From Psilocybe cubensis (taxonomy: Eukaryota): a stretch of 64,000 nucleotides of DNA. Under the pieces are notes generated by a model. The model searched no databases. It was not told where the DNA came from and was given only the letters and a program-made list of their open reading frames with translations. Location: positions 3,348,001 to 3,412,000 of the forward strand of contig CM038998.1 of the NCBI GenBank assembly GCA_017499595.2, written 5' to 3'. Below, one piece after another: positions 15,203 to 30,660 of this stretch; positions within the stretch are counted from its first letter, which is position 1, and each line of letters opens with the position of its first letter. The position numbers and the translations under genes are program-made.

Positions 15203-15772
15203 TTTATACACTCCAATATCATTCACCCTGTTGTCATTGAGAGCTTTCTTAAACTTATCTGTCAATTTTCCGTTTTTTTAGTCTTCCGCTTCTTGTTTGC
15301 CCGCGTGGTCGGACACTGTTATATCCCATCTGTGCTTTCAACTGTGCCATAGCTTGTTACCCTACGTTTGGTTGGATTCCCGCTACATACATACATACAT
15401 TTATGGTTCGGCCCCGGCTCGTTTGGTTACCTCAACTCGATTCCCTCTCTCTCTCTTCCTTTCTGCTTTTTCTATCCCGTAAAAATGACCGTCACGACCT
15501 TGTTTCGATCGCTACACACGATCTTAACCACCACTACTAGCCTACCTTATTCTTTTCTCTTACATCACAATCGTCGTCGCCCACATCATGTTTTTATTCC
15601 ATTCAATTCAATTATGATTCAGGTATCAGGTCATGGACATTATTGGAACGTAGGGAAATGTAGCGAAGATAAACAAAAATAAAATGCGACCAGGTGCGCT
15701 ACTTAACCAGTAGATATTGTCAAGAGAAATGGGCATGTAGCTTGGTAAATGAGAACATAGGAAAGAAAAGGC

Positions 15773-17318
15773 TCATATGCCCAATTGCCGTAAATCCGCC
15801 CGGAAGGCAGCCATCCTTCCTTTCGCATAACCGATATAATCAAACTCTGGTTCGGCGACAGCTGCCTCTATATCTTCTCGCGCCTGAACAATGCCCCAGA
15901 TTGCCCAGCCGGCATGGGAGGCAGCCGCCCAAATAAGAACGTCCCTGTCCAAATCTTGGATCATTTTCTCAAGTTGAGCATCATCCTGGACGGGATCTTC
16001 TGCCAACATTCCTGCGTGATGGATGTATGCGGCATAAAAGTTACTTCGTTCTTCGAATGTGGGATAACGTGATGGCGTAAGGAGGTGGGGTGTAGAACAA
16101 TGATAATTAGCTGTCCATTCAATGAAATGGTTCGCGATGTCGTAAGCTGCTGGATTAGGCGCAGCATATTCGAAGTCGACGACGATGATCTAGCCGAGGC
16201 CGGGGTATCAGGGAAAGACAACTTTTATCATAACATCGAAATGCAAACTGACCTGGCGATGTTCATCCACTCCTTCGTTACCATCTTTCAGTCTCAAAAG
16301 ATTTCCGTATTGTGCATCGTTATGAGCGAAAACTCGCCGCGTTCCGAAAGTGTGAGGTCGTTGCAACACCCAGGATAGATACCGGTCCCACTCTTTCTTG
16401 AAATCTTCCAACCCCAGCTCTTGAACGGTTTCCGATGTCACTGAAGGTAGTTCAAGTACATCTTGAGCTGGTCCCAGCCACGATGAGACGTTGGCGGCTA
16501 TCTCGAACCCATTGCTTTGACTTAACGAAGGGGTGGTCGGTCCATAGACAGTTTCAATGTCAACTGAATGCAGCTCCGCCATTCGTGCTCCGATCCATTG
16601 GCTAGTCTGCGGATCTCGGATATCTTCTGGGGTTAACGTCACAGAATTGAAATATTCCTCAATCCTTCCATTGTCAAATGTGCCATAAACTCGAGGGCCA
16701 ATCTTGTATTGCGAAGAAAGAACATGGAGAATGTGGAGCTCTCGTGGTCTGGAAATGAGAGAGCCCGATGAAGGACCGTAAACTCTAAGCAGGAGTGTCT
16801 TGAGAGAGGGGATTGCTGGGCAAGATACGAAGAACACGGCGTTGGTCAGTGCTCCAGACACTTTGTGGATAATGACGTCTTCTGGCAGAATCTGAGCGGT
16901 GTACCATCCTGGAACATGTAGCTTTCGCAGTATTTCGATAACTTGTAAGCAAAATGAGGATTTCTTGTAATGCCTAATCAGAGATGTGATAGTGTTAGCT
17001 AGTAATCAAAGGATTGGCAGTAGAATCGGACCATGATTCTTTGATTCACGATGCCATTTCTTCAGTTGCGAGCGGCGGGCGCCTGACAAATGTGTATTCA
17101 GCGAAAGCTTCTCACCTAGCGTCTAGTTTAAATTTGGCATGGCGCACACCCTCTTCTCGAACAACCTCCACATTGGCTTCAGATAATTGTGCGGTTGAAG
17201 CTGAGACCAACAGGTCTGCGAGTGTCTGCAGAGAACTAGTCGAAACTTGCCTGGAAGTTCCCGCAGGTGGGAGAGGGGACGATGAGGACGAGAATCCGGG
17301 TGATAATATTGGGGTCAT
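15773..17318 (-). CDS. Choline/ethanolamine kinase
   Basis: SGALTNAVFFV, LLRVYGP, GPRVYGTFDNGRIEEY, Brenner motif FAHNDAQYGNLL, IVVDFEYAAPNPAAYDIANHF, ASHAGWAIWGIVQA, FDYIGYA. Confidence 0.93.
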
Positions 17319-19081
17319 TGCTGAGAGTTATCAGTGGTGGTGGTGAATAACTAGGATGATTGAGGTCCGCTTGGCGGTGGTCGGTCAATGATAAGGATGA
17401 GAATTGAAATGCGAAATGTGGATCAATTATCATGGCCGAACTATTTCGTTCGATTCCAAGACCCGCTTTTTTCCCTTTTTAGTTCCAGGTCGTGTGCCAC
17501 TAATGGTCAGTTTCCCAAGGCGAGCCAGACGTCAAACACCGTATTGTAATCCGGGAGACAGTTTCTCCTCATATGTCTTCACACTCCGCCATCGTGGTTT
17601 CGAGGATTTTGCGCATGCACAGATCGACCCTGAAACGAAACAATGTCTCATGTCACAACGAATCTGGGATCGGCAAGTCTGAACGACAAATGTGGGCTTT
17701 TGCAAGTAAATAAAATACCATATACATCAGAGAGTATGTGGTCGTGCCTATTGCCTTGATTCATTGTCAATACTTTGTCAAGCGACACCTCGTGGACACC
17801 TCGCGCCTTCCGAGAAAAGTCGGAGGTCAGACAATCAAGGTATACAATACACCAATCGTACAACTTGGAAATTCCGCGTCATAGTTATCCTATGGCCACT
17901 TCTGTGTATTCAAAATTCTGCGATCGAAGTGAAGCTGGCGAAGCAACTCCCACAGGCTTCTGAACGCTTTTCTGCATGACCTTGTCCGGTGATCTCACTG
18001 CATAGGGTCAGAATGCTTTATTTTATTTTATTCTACGTTCTGTTATTCCGAGTCGGAGCGTAGAAAGCGCTTGCGACCACATGTCTAGTCAAGAGTTCAA
18101 TATGAACCAGTGACAGCCTTCGACACGAAGTCTGAACGATACATGAAATATCTCACTGGTCTCCCCGACCTCGACCATCTCGACCACATGTTCGGGACAG
18201 CGGTCCTTGGTGGCCAAGCAAGGCGCACGCTGGAATCGCTTGCAATCCCTCCACCGGTCCTACGTGTTCATTTTCGGCTACTAGACCATATCGGTCTAAT
18301 CTGGGTTCTGGCTTTCTTGTATCTAAGGTTCGCATGTAACTTGCAGTAACTCAACGCAAGTTCTCTGTTAACTCAAAATTCTCAGCACTACAGCGTACCT
18401 CGCCCGGACTTCCAATGTTGCTCTTAGGAATTGGCGGGTGATTAGTCCTAGGCGCTCTATTATTCCGGCGTGTATGCATTCCACTGGTATGTAACAATTA
18501 GCACGCCTCAGTGAGTAATGATATTTGCGTGCCATTAGAGTTCCGTATGACTTGTTACTGAGTATTCCTGATCATCTCAGATCCCATAATCAATTTCTAA
18601 TCAGTGAACTCATGTTCATCTTATCTAAACATCATTAAATTTAAATGAATCTCCAATGCTAGTAAACTAAACACATTGGGTCTATGGCAAGCGAGCGTGA
18701 AGAAAAGAAGAGCAAAGCCGGCTATTCCATTGGATAATTTTTAAATCTTTGAAAGGTTAGGTGGCTGCACTCGTGTTTGATCACGCACACAGTCCTCTTC
18801 ATATTCAGGTAAGTCTACCCAGAATTATTTCTGCTTCAACGTCAGGACGATATTGTATGGGTATTGGCCGTCAATCAACAGCTCTCACATTCTGACAATG
18901 CGATAGCGTAGTATATGTACAAACCCCAACTCATCCCCTAGGATTACATAGAAGCGTCATGTATATACTTTATCTTGAATACAACGGCCCGCATTGCAAG
19001 CAATTTTTGAAGCCCAAAATTTCTGGAATTGTTTAACGGTTACCTGGAAAGTTGGTGCCGAAATCTATGAACAAATATGCG

Positions 19082-21640
19082 TTACACCTTTTCATTTGAG
19101 TTCTCCACCGACACTTGCGTCCCTGAAATTGTGTGGGCAGTGGCAATTTCTGTCACCTCAGCACTAGGGATTTTGCGCAGCTTAAATGAGATCTGACGTC
19201 TGACATCAGCACAAACTTCAGACGTGTAGAAAGCAAACAATCACCAGAAAAGCAATACCCAAACAGGGTGTGCAAACGGTCCAGATTAACTGACGTTTCA
19301 GACATATTTTGAGAATCATCCACTCCATGTTTAAGAGTACTCACTCTAATAGCTGATGATATGACATGAAGAACATCTTCTTTTTGAGTGGATGGCAAAG
19401 ATTTTATCGCGGCATAATTGATTGAAGATGACGAATCCCGAAATTTCAGGTCAGGTGGCAGAGCACTGGATACCCGAGCATAGAATATCGTTCCTGCGAC
19501 AGCCTAGCACATAGAACATTAGTAGAGCTCAAGAGAGCAGTCGGTGATTACTACCAGTCCAATCGTTGCACCCGTAAATCGAGTGAGGAAAAAAGCACTT
19601 GTGCCTGTAGCAAGTTCCTGAGGTTTGAGGGCACGAAGAAAGACCTGATAGGGGGCATGGAATAGCATTCCAATGCCGACCCCGGCTACCAATGGATAGA
19701 CGATTTCAAAGGCGATGCTGGCGTGCTCGTTGAGAAGATTTAACAAGCCTTCAAAGTCGGACACGTCAATAGGCATCATACAGCGAGAACACATCTTGAG
19801 CCTACCGAAGCCTAGAGTGGAGATTGCAAGCCCAATCGTGATGACGAGGTTTTGTCCGCTAGTATCTTGGGTTCTGCCCTGCCAATAGTTAATGAACCAG
19901 GCAACCGGCATGGAGGCAAGAGAAGATCCGAGAGAATAAGGAAGGAGCTTCAGACCGGATTGTAGAGGGGTAGATCCATGGGCAGCCTAAGTCCGTGACT
20001 TCAATCGAAATACAAAAAAGAAAGTGGGGCAAAAATGAACCTGATAAAACAGAACAAGATAAAACGTTCCAGCAGTGAACGCCACGTTGTGTGCAAAGGC
20101 AATAAGCAAGATCCCGACTGAAACGTGTTATTTAAGACATCAAAAGGTAGAGGTGTTTTTGAAAACTTGCTTGTTGTAAAATCCCCAAAGAACGTCGGCG
20201 GGAACAGAGCATCCCTGGCTGTATGTTTTTCATAGTAACCAGCACCAAGGAGGATAGTAATTCCAATCGCGATCAAACAGTATGTTGATGGTTTATCCCC
20301 TATAAACCTGTTGAATATCACAAAGCTGATGCAAGTTTATGAATGAACTTACAACCTATCTCGGTTGCAAAGCTGAATCCAATTATGATACAGCTTGTTC
20401 CTCCCATAAACAAGAGTCTGCGACATGAAGTAAGAAGGCGTTAGATTGCATGGTATGTATACACACAGTCCAATAAAGTCGAATCGTCTTGTAAGTTCTT
20501 GCCAGGAGGTATTTGATGCCTTTGCGAATTCCACCCGACGAAGGGAAAGGGAAAGTATGACGACCGCCAAAAAGCAGATAGGAAGGTTTATGTAAACTAG
20601 AACAGAGACTGAAATTAACCATGAGGGCCGGAATCAACGAACGGAGACCTACATCCCCATCTCCAGCCGATATGCCCTTTACTTTGTCCTATGTAATGTG
20701 GTCAAAAGGATATATGATTGTTTTGAAGAGGATCTTACCGCTGAAGAGACCACCAATCAAAGGGCCAGCAATAGCAGAGCAGCTCCATGTCACACTCAAA
20801 GCTTGGGACCACGTCGCACGTTGACGAATTTCAACTACTTCAGAGGTGATGACCCAGACAGAGCTAACAATACCTCCGCCCCCTATACCAGCTAGTTGAC
20901 GGTCAGTACTTCATGATATAGGTACAAATATAATCAATTACCGATGGCTCGTGCAGATATGAGCCAGTTGATCGACTATAAGAGGAAAAGATAGTTGAAA
21001 ACAAACTCATCTCTAAACCAAGGTTAGTTTACCTGAGCCGCTCCACACAAAGCCGAGCCAAATGCAAAGACGGCAATGCTGGAGTAAAGCACGCTCTGTA
21101 ATCGTATGAGCAGTGATTCATATACTGCAATGGCTGTTTATTTACCTTACGGCCTACAAGGTCGGAAACTCTTCCGTATAATGGCTGAAAAGCTGTCTGC
21201 GTGAGCATGTACGCAACGCCGACCCATGTGTATTGGATTGATGAGGCCTGTAAATCACTAGCGATAGTAGGCAAGCTTGTTGACACAATAGTCTAGATGC
21301 CGTGAACATTTAGTGAGCACATAGATGCTAGATTCCACCAATAATTGCTTACAGCATCTGTAGTCGCTAGGAAGAGTGTCAATGCAGCACTGCTGATAGG
21401 TGAGTGAGGTTCTAACTAAGAGGAGTTGAATACTCACCCTATGTGAATAAAGAGTAGTTGAACAGTCGAAAGGCTGTGGTGGATACATGCATGTGCAATG
21501 GTTGACGCAGACGAGTCTGTTCCGGAGTTCGTTGTAGAACTGCAATTAGATACACTGGCCTCAGAGGAGACATGTTCTTGCTTCTCAGATGACGGTCTCT
21601 GAGATTTGAGAGAGGGATAACCAACAGAGTGTCTAGACAT
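19082..21640 (-). CDS. MFS drug:H+ antiporter (DHA2, 14-TMS type)
   Basis: IVSTSLPTIASDL, WVGVAYMLTQTAFQPLYGRVSDLVGRK (motif A), GPLIGG, RRFDFIGL, VAGVGIGMLF, TRFTGATIGL; multi-exon; stop at 19082-19084. Confidence 0.88.
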
Positions 21641-22345
21641 TTTCTGTGGGCGACAGAAAAATATCTGCTTCGACGAGATGTTGGCTGAAAGGCATATGTC
21701 TGCCTCTCATTTATACGTGAAGAAGTGGCTGGACTAGACAGAACATGAGATCGGGTGATGCAATGGACCTGGACACTTCACTATTTGCCATGAAAACAAT
21801 TTGGATAGAGGATCAACCTGGATTCAGTTGTAGGAAAGCCTTTCATGAAAAGATCCCGTCCCCGATTTTAGGTGTTAGATAAATATGAGATCGGCAAGAT
21901 GTGCCCAGGTTGGATTCATTTCCATTGACACCAAAACGTTGCAATGAGAGATTTTTGATAAAAGTCATTGATGAGAACAAAATCGCCACCGGTGAAATGT
22001 CACAAAGAACAGTATCCAGTATGGTATCAGAGCCCAGTTAGAAGCGAAGACAGACCATGCTGCTCATGAGAACGGTAAACAAGACCCATAAAACTGCCTC
22101 GTTGTAATTTACCCCGGAACTTGGCCGTTATGTCCAGGAAGACTAGGGCCGATAGATCGTAAGGTAGATCGTTACAGGGAAGGAGGACACAGAGGTACAT
22201 TTCCAAAAGAGAACGAATAGTGACGGAAAGAGGTATTTTAAAGCTCAGTTTCTCACACAAACTAAAGTATCATTAGTAATTATGAAGTCACGTAAACGGA
22301 CATTGAAAAGCAGATAAATAGTGAATGTATATCTAAATCTAATCC

Positions 22346-24274
22346 TCATCCGGTGGCTCGCTTTCCTTCATCCTTCTTCTCGGTGGGGCCGGTTACTTCA
22401 GAGTCAGCCTCAGAAGATGTAGACGAAGTGTCGGTATCATGTGTTTTGTCGGCAGTACTCTTCGGAGTTTGTGAAGCATCTATACCATAAGAAAGGAAAT
22501 GAGAAAGTTTAGTCTAGTTATTCCACAGCGATGAAAAACGTGCCATTAGAATCCAAGGCGCTGCCGCAAGGTTTGCAATCCTTTGGATATCCAACGACCC
22601 AATGTCGGAGGACTTTGTGTGAAATAAACCTCACCGTTGTCAGCTGATAATGGTTCTTTCGAGCCTTTCTCGGTCTTGCTAGGGGCCTTACCCTCAACAT
22701 CATCAGCGTAAGCTTCGAGAAGCGACCTTTGCCGTGCCGTTAGAGACCTAGAGGCAAAAGTGAGCACATCGGTCATAGTTTACAGAAAGTATCACTGACC
22801 GTGGTAGTTGCAGATTGAATTTGACGAACAGGTCCCCGGTGCCCTTTCCGTTCAGATAGGATACGCCACGGCCTTTGAGAACCATTTCCTCTCCCTGCTG
22901 AGTACCTCCAGGTATGCGAACATCAACCTCTCCGTCTAGAGTAGGAACTCGCACAATTCCGCCCAGAAGAGCTCTATGGAAAGGAATTCGGGCATGATAA
23001 GACAAGTTTGCACCTTGCCTTGAAAAAACGGGGGACGGTGCAACTGATAATCGGACGAACAGGTCACCCCTTTGCCCTTTGCCTGCTATAGGCGAGTCTC
23101 CAGCCTGTGAGACGCGAATTGTGGTCCCCTCTTCGGCACCTACACACACCAAATGAATAATAAAATCACACCGCAAAGATATCCAATCACATACCGCTTG
23201 GAACATTAATGGTCAAATCCTCTTTAGTGCGCACCTTGCCCACACCTCCACAAGTTGAACACTCGCCTCCTCGAGGAATAGAATTGCCGGCGCCCTTGCA
23301 CACGTTGCACGTGCTTGCCATTTGGAAACCATTGTCTAAAGCAAAAGTGCGGGTACCGCTGCCACCGCAGGCGGAGCATGTAGTTTTCTTGATACCGCTT
23401 TTGAGGCCAGAGGCAGAACATGGCTTGCAGTCGACAACAGGTGTGATTGTAACCTTCTTCTTAGTTCCTTTGCAAGCATCGAGGAAACTAACAGATAATT
23501 CAGCTTCAATGTCCTGTCCTCGTAAGTTTTGGTTCGCGCGTGCCCTCGGGCCTGCTCCAAACGAACCACCGCCAGCAAAAGACTGGAAAAGCTCGTCGAA
23601 GAAATTTGAACCTGGTCTACCCTGAGGTCCACCAGGCCCAAAAGGCCAACCCCCTGCACTAAATCCACCACCACCACCAAATCCGTATCCATTAGGGTCA
23701 AATCCGGGCTGTTGCGAGGCTGCCCCGTACTGGTCGTAGGCCTCCCTCTTCTTCTCATCTTTCAAGATCTAAACAGCACTTAATATCAATACAACTGTAT
23801 AAATCACGAAGCACACACATCATAAGCGTCTTGTATTTCAACAAATTTATCTCTAGCGCCTTTGTCTTTGTTCGTGTCGGGGTGATATTTCCTAGCCAAC
23901 TGAATACCGATGAGCAGACAATATCAAGTAACATATTGAGACATACCGCAAAATACGTTTTCTTTATCTCGGCTGGTGTCGCATCGGGTTTTACGCCGAG
24001 TACCTCATACGGATTCTTAGGAGGCGCAGCTAAACAAGGTCTAGAAGGATGAATTCGGCGCTAAACGCGTGGTGAGTAAATATGTGGGCCTTGTGCGCGT
24101 CAATAGCATTACCTTGTCAGATATTCGTTTCGAGGGAGATGGCTGCGGTTTCAGACGAAGACAGCTGGACCGATATACTGAAAGATTCCTACTTTGAACA
24201 CCGAGAGTCTGACGGGCACATGAGTTGAATGCAATGAAAGTGGAGAAACCGGGGGATGACAGGCGTGGAGGCAT
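22346..24274 (-). CDS. MDJ1: Mitochondrial type I DnaJ/Hsp40 (Mdj1/DNAJA3-like); alternative stop at 22546 if the last intron is retained
   Basis: Presequence [10 protein letters not shown]..., J domain with YHPD, G/F-rich region, CxxCxGxG-type repeats ([32 protein letters not shown]), C-terminal GDLFV / VPTLDGEV. Confidence 0.93.
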
Positions 24275-25009
24275 GGTATGAGTGAACAACTCTCCGCGAA
24301 CTGAAATTCGGTCAATGACACGGGCGGAAGAAATTTGAGCTGTTTGTTCTTGTTTGTCTATTTCATCATCATTCGTCCAATGAAATTCCAATTTTCAATT
24401 TTCTAGCAATTTCTAACTCCTACTAGGTCACTGAAGTCGAGTACCAACGAGTACCTCCCACATCTTCTGATTTTCGAGTTTGCTGCTGAGATCAAGTTAT
24501 GTCTAGCTCTGTTAAACTTTACTGAACTCTTCGCTCGGAAGTACAACATTGGCTATATATACACTGGGCCAACACAAAAACGCGCGCATTTCTCAGCAAA
24601 GATCAAACCAACCTAGTGTGGACCACCAACAATGCACAGATTACAATTGACATTGAATCGAAAAGTTAACACAGACGGTATTAAATCAGAAATCTCCAAG
24701 ACAGCCTACATCATGGGGACGAACCGACGTCTTTCAAGTATGCTTAAGTTGTTTTCGCCGCAAGGAGTTCACCAGCGCAATGAGCATGTTGCTATGAAGG
24801 TAGAGGGGTGAAGCAAGTAAATGATAGGCGATGCCGGTACGGACACCGGATCAACGGACCAACATAATTTGGATAGAACATGAGGCCTGAGGGCTCAGCA
24901 ATATGACGATCTGTCCAAGTCATGTACGTAGATAATGCATAAGGTTATTTTGCTCACCGTTTATACTGCACATACACACGTTGGTCGAGTTCAAGGGAAT
25001 GCAATACCA

Positions 25010-25638
25010 TCATTCAATATTTGTCCGCCATTGCCACCACGATTTTCCATACGACACTAAGATCTCCTGGCCTTTTTTTATTTCTTCACTAGACGACCAA
25101 ATGGCTATCGTCATTTCTGCGGAGGGCGTACTTCCTTCGAGGAAAATGGCGTTTGGTCTATCTGATATACCTCTGTAGTCATTTACGAAACGGGCCTCAT
25201 TACCCATTGCACTGGCATCAATTCCGATGCTTATGCCATCTGGCAGTCGACAGAGAGATAGATCGTAGTCCGAATCAGGTCGTTCATCGCAATGTATTTC
25301 GCCTAGCAAATAATTTGAGATACACCATCGATACGAAGGACGACAAATTGCATTTGCATACCGATGTAATCAAGAATGTGGGTTCTGGGTGCTATCTTTT
25401 GCGCCGCAAACAAACCAAATTGGCCATTGGCAGGATGGGATGTGTTGCGTATGCCCTTGATGACTACCTTTGGTCGACCGGCAGGTTTGGAATTAACGCC
25501 TTTTTCATTCAAAGGAGCTTTAATATGTGCCAGTATTGAAGGTGTCACTGATGAGTGGTGATGAGAAACAGTAATGTATCGCAAATGGGATGGCCAATGT
25601 TGGGGCAACTTTCGTATTGGTTGTGATCTCTTCTTCAT
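25010..25638 (-). CDS. Small SET-domain methyltransferase
   Basis: GQFGLFAAQKI, ILDYIGE, IDASAMGNEARFVNDYRG, GQEILVSYGKSWW; one intron ~25307-25361. Confidence 0.85.
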
Positions 25639-25857
25639 GAAACCAGCCCTTTGAGTATGTGTGGCAGAGAAATGCAACGTCAACAATGGATATCTCGAAG
25701 CCGTAATATCAGGCACAGCGAAGAGGACGATTTTAATGTCTGTCTGTGATAAAAGGGACATCAGCGTGGGAATGTACGCCTCTTATTCACCTTCCTCAAT
25801 CCTCGTTGTCGACAACGTCTCCTTGCTCGACAACTCATCCCTTTCAAAGTTTCGCTG

Positions 25858-27270
<1,413 letters not shown>

Positions 27271-27981
27271 TATTTGCCAGCGAACTGTTTTGTAACTTCT
27301 TGTTATTACCACTGTACGTTTCCAGTATATATAAATTCGTTATATTTAGCTTCACCGTATATTCCAAACCCGTGGATGGTCGTTAACGAGGTGTGTTCGC
27401 ATTGAAAGCCGGTTATGAGGAGCACGCTGACGTCGTGTTAAGCCGAGGAATTGAAATTTACATGAGGTATTCGACCATAGGCTCAAAACTTCGGAACATC
27501 TCTGAACATGTTGTCCGCGCAGTACAAGATATGGTGGCACGTGGTAAGAAACTGCCGTGGTTCATGTTGCCAATTTATCATGCTTATCCTCTTATCCAGA
27601 GTTCAACAACTTAGGGAACTTAAGCACCAGACCTTATCATAGTACACCTGAACTCCCACATGAACAGATGCTCGTGTGCAACAACAATTCCTTTCTTCCA
27701 CAAACTCCTCAGGATCGCCAAACATTGCTAGAAACGTTCCTTTGTGAGCTTGAAGCTTGTATGAGGCATGCTGTTTGCCACGACTATTTCTATGAAGTAG
27801 CAGCAGGAAGCCTTCTGATGAACTTCTGTTCGCCTTAATCCGCATGGTTGTCGTATCTCCTTGTGCGCGCTATGTATTCTCATTACTTTACTACGGATTG
27901 CGGACAGGATGAGAGCTATTTAACACTAGTGTCCACCGGCAGACCAATCTCCCAACAAGAAGACCCAAGATCTTGTGCAAA

Positions 27982-30434
27982 ATGTTCGCACTTCGGATCC
28001 TCTCATTAATCTTTGGGCTGTCATCCTTGCTGCATGCTATTGCTTTCGATAACAGTCGCTTTGACAATGTTCGTCATCCCATCAATATTTTCCACTGCGC
28101 CTTGTTTAATTTGTTTTATATAGGTTGCTGTGTAGGAATTTTTATGACTTTCTCTCTAGTTCAGCTGTTGATCCATGGCCAGTTATTGGGGCCAGAACTC
28201 TTACGGTGCGGTCAATACCGGCAACACAGCCAATTTTCAGAAGACGATCTCGTTTTATTGCAATGTGTTTAATATTTATTTCGCGTGATTCAAATTCTTT
28301 ACTTATGCTGCAAGTCGTTAGGATAATGCCATTGACGTATTCCCTATTGCATTTTTGAACGTTTTCTTCGGGACCGGGGGTGTTCCTTCGATCAACCTTG
28401 CGAACGTGAGTACAACCTGACTATCATTTTATATCATCTAATTCCTTTTAATACCCATAGACGTGTAATCCAACTGACAATGCAACATTCCCTGGAACAG
28501 AGCTTCCTAACTGCTCATCTCTTGCTCCAGATATCGCCGCCTGTCAAGCAAAAGGCAAAATAGTTACTATCAGTTTGGGCGGAGCCACAGGTGCCGTGGG
28601 CTTCCAATCAGATGACCAGGCCACCAGTTTTGCCCAAACCATCTGGGATTTGTTCTTGGGGGGAACCTCTCAGACTCGACCCTTCGGGAATGCTGTTCTA
28701 GATGGGTGGGTCTTTTGACATCACACTTATAATGTTAACTGAGCATAATATATGCTTAGTATCGATCTTGATATTGAGGGTGGTGGGTCTGATCATTATA
28801 GCGTTTTTGTCAATAAAATTCGCTCCCTTGCGTCTGGTGCATCAAAACAGTAAGCAAACTATAAACCGGGAATGATCACCACTCTGACGTTCTTTTCACA
28901 GATATTATGTTACTGCTGCGCCTCAATGCGTTTTCCCAGATGCAGCTCTGGGTGGGGTCCTCAATGCAGCAAGCTTTGATGCAGTTTATGGTGAGTTATC
29001 GAAACTTATATAAGCGTTGAATCAGCTGACCTTTATCCTAGTCCAGTAATGCATCTTCGTCAGTTTTAGCATCGACTAACCACTAATGGCTCTTCATATA
29101 GATTTTACAACAACTATTGTGGCCTACAATCATTTGGACAAGCAGCGGTATGGTTTTTTTTGCTTGCCAACCTTTCAAATTGAAAGTTTCTCAATCATCT
29201 TCCTTCTAGAACTGGAATTTCGGAATCTGGTTTGTCCTTAAGATAGTATGCATTTGTACGACCTTTCACCTGTCCTAACAGGGATAACTGGGCCCGTACT
29301 ACAAGCCCGAATAAGAATGTCAAGGTCTACATTGGAGCGCCAGCATCTAGTTCAGCTGCAGGCTCAGGATATGTCCCCATCGGCACTCTGGGTAATATTG
29401 CAGTTCAAATGCGTCAAAGCTTCCCTTCCTTCGGAGGTGTGATGCTATGGGATGCATCTCAGGCATATGGTAAGTATTACAAAGGTGATCATAAGTTTGG
29501 CTAAAAACTTTTCAGCCAACGGGAGATACGATCTCGCAATCAAAAACGCTCTATCGGCCACTGGGGGCACCGGTTTTACATTCCCGGCATGTAGCGCCCC
29601 CGCATACGTTGCAGGTACTAATTATGCTGGAGGCGCTGAAGTTTCCTTTGGAGGGTATGTTGAACGAGTTTACCACATTGAACGTAATGCTAACCATTAT
29701 ATGAAGGTATATTTGGCAGGTTTTTACCTTTCTCTGCTTGTAAAACTGTGGATACCAACGCCCTTGTCAATAGGCTAAATGGTCCGCGTCGTCTCAACCA
29801 TCCAATGATCCAAGTGGCGAATGGAGTGCAAGTGAGTACTTTTAGCTACATAGCTTATATACAATTCTTCATGACTACCTTCCAGTAAGTGCATGTGGTG
29901 GATCCTCCATTCCACCCTCATCGTCCACTACAACCGCAAAACCAACATCAAGTACCACTACGAAGCCTACATCGACTTCATCTGTCCCAACTACCACCAG
30001 TAAATCGACGTCTCCGACTACCACGGCGAAGCCAACGACTTCCCCTTCCCCTGGAGGGCAATGTGCGGGCATTCCAGCTTGGTCCAGTACGGTACCATAC
30101 GTGGGCGGTTCTCAAGTGACCTATAGGTTATAGTTTGCGCTCTATTTTCTATAACATCCAGCTGACCACCGTTCTATGTACAGTTCTCATTTATGGACAG
30201 CGAAATGGTGGTCTGAAGCAGACGTTCCGGGAGGTCAGTTTTTTTCGGCACCTTTTTGTCCGTTGAATCGAATGTCTCCGCTCACCACACACAGGTTCTG
30301 CCGGTGATTGGACCGACAACGGCCCGTGTGGGTCATCCCTCCAAGCCGCGGCGACTTCATCCGCGCAGGATTCAGCTCCATCTTCAGATGCAGAGGGTTT
30401 ACCTATCGTCAAGTCTCGTTTTTTCCGCATTTAA
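27982..30434 (+). CDS. GH18 class III (Cts1/hevamine-like) chitinase with two CBM5/12 chitin-binding modules
   Basis: Signal peptide MFALRILSLIFGLSSLLHAIA, YWGQNS, SLGGA, RPFGNAVLDG|IDLDIEGG, TAAPQC, FGGVMLWD, CBMs ..YIWQAKWS.. and ..HLWTAKWW.., Thr/Ser/Pro linker. Confidence 0.95.
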
Positions 30435-30632
30435 TCTTCATGATGGAATTGTTCTAAACAGTTAGAAATCAGGTGTATCTTTATTATCTGATTATTCAAT
30501 TTTTATACAAGATTTTGACCAGTTGTTGCCATTTTGTTTCTATTATTAAACCTGTTATCTATGGTATCTCCCACGATTTCTTACCTTCATTCTTCAACAT
30601 ATGGGCGAAGTCAGGTACTACGTGAATGGACG

Positions 30633-30660
30633 CCTCGACGTGCTTCGACGTGCTTCGACC
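30633..30660. repeat. Short tandem repeat (TCGACGTGCT)x~2.5 upstream of chitinase 2
   Basis: cctcgacgtgcttcgacgtgcttcgacc read directly. Confidence 0.6.

Noticed and set aside
15203-15770. AU-rich elements for autoregulation in the CCCH gene 3'UTR
   Set aside because: Only isolated ATTTA pentamers; no TATTTAT clusters seen
17400-19050. Short ORFs such as 18110-18349
   Set aside because: No motifs, interrupted by stops, no coherent exon chain
23209-23758. Long antisense/alternate-frame ORFs over the DnaJ exon (similar ones over Rxt2-like and 35.6-36.5 kb)
   Set aside because: Shadow ORFs expected from codon bias of GC-richer coding exons
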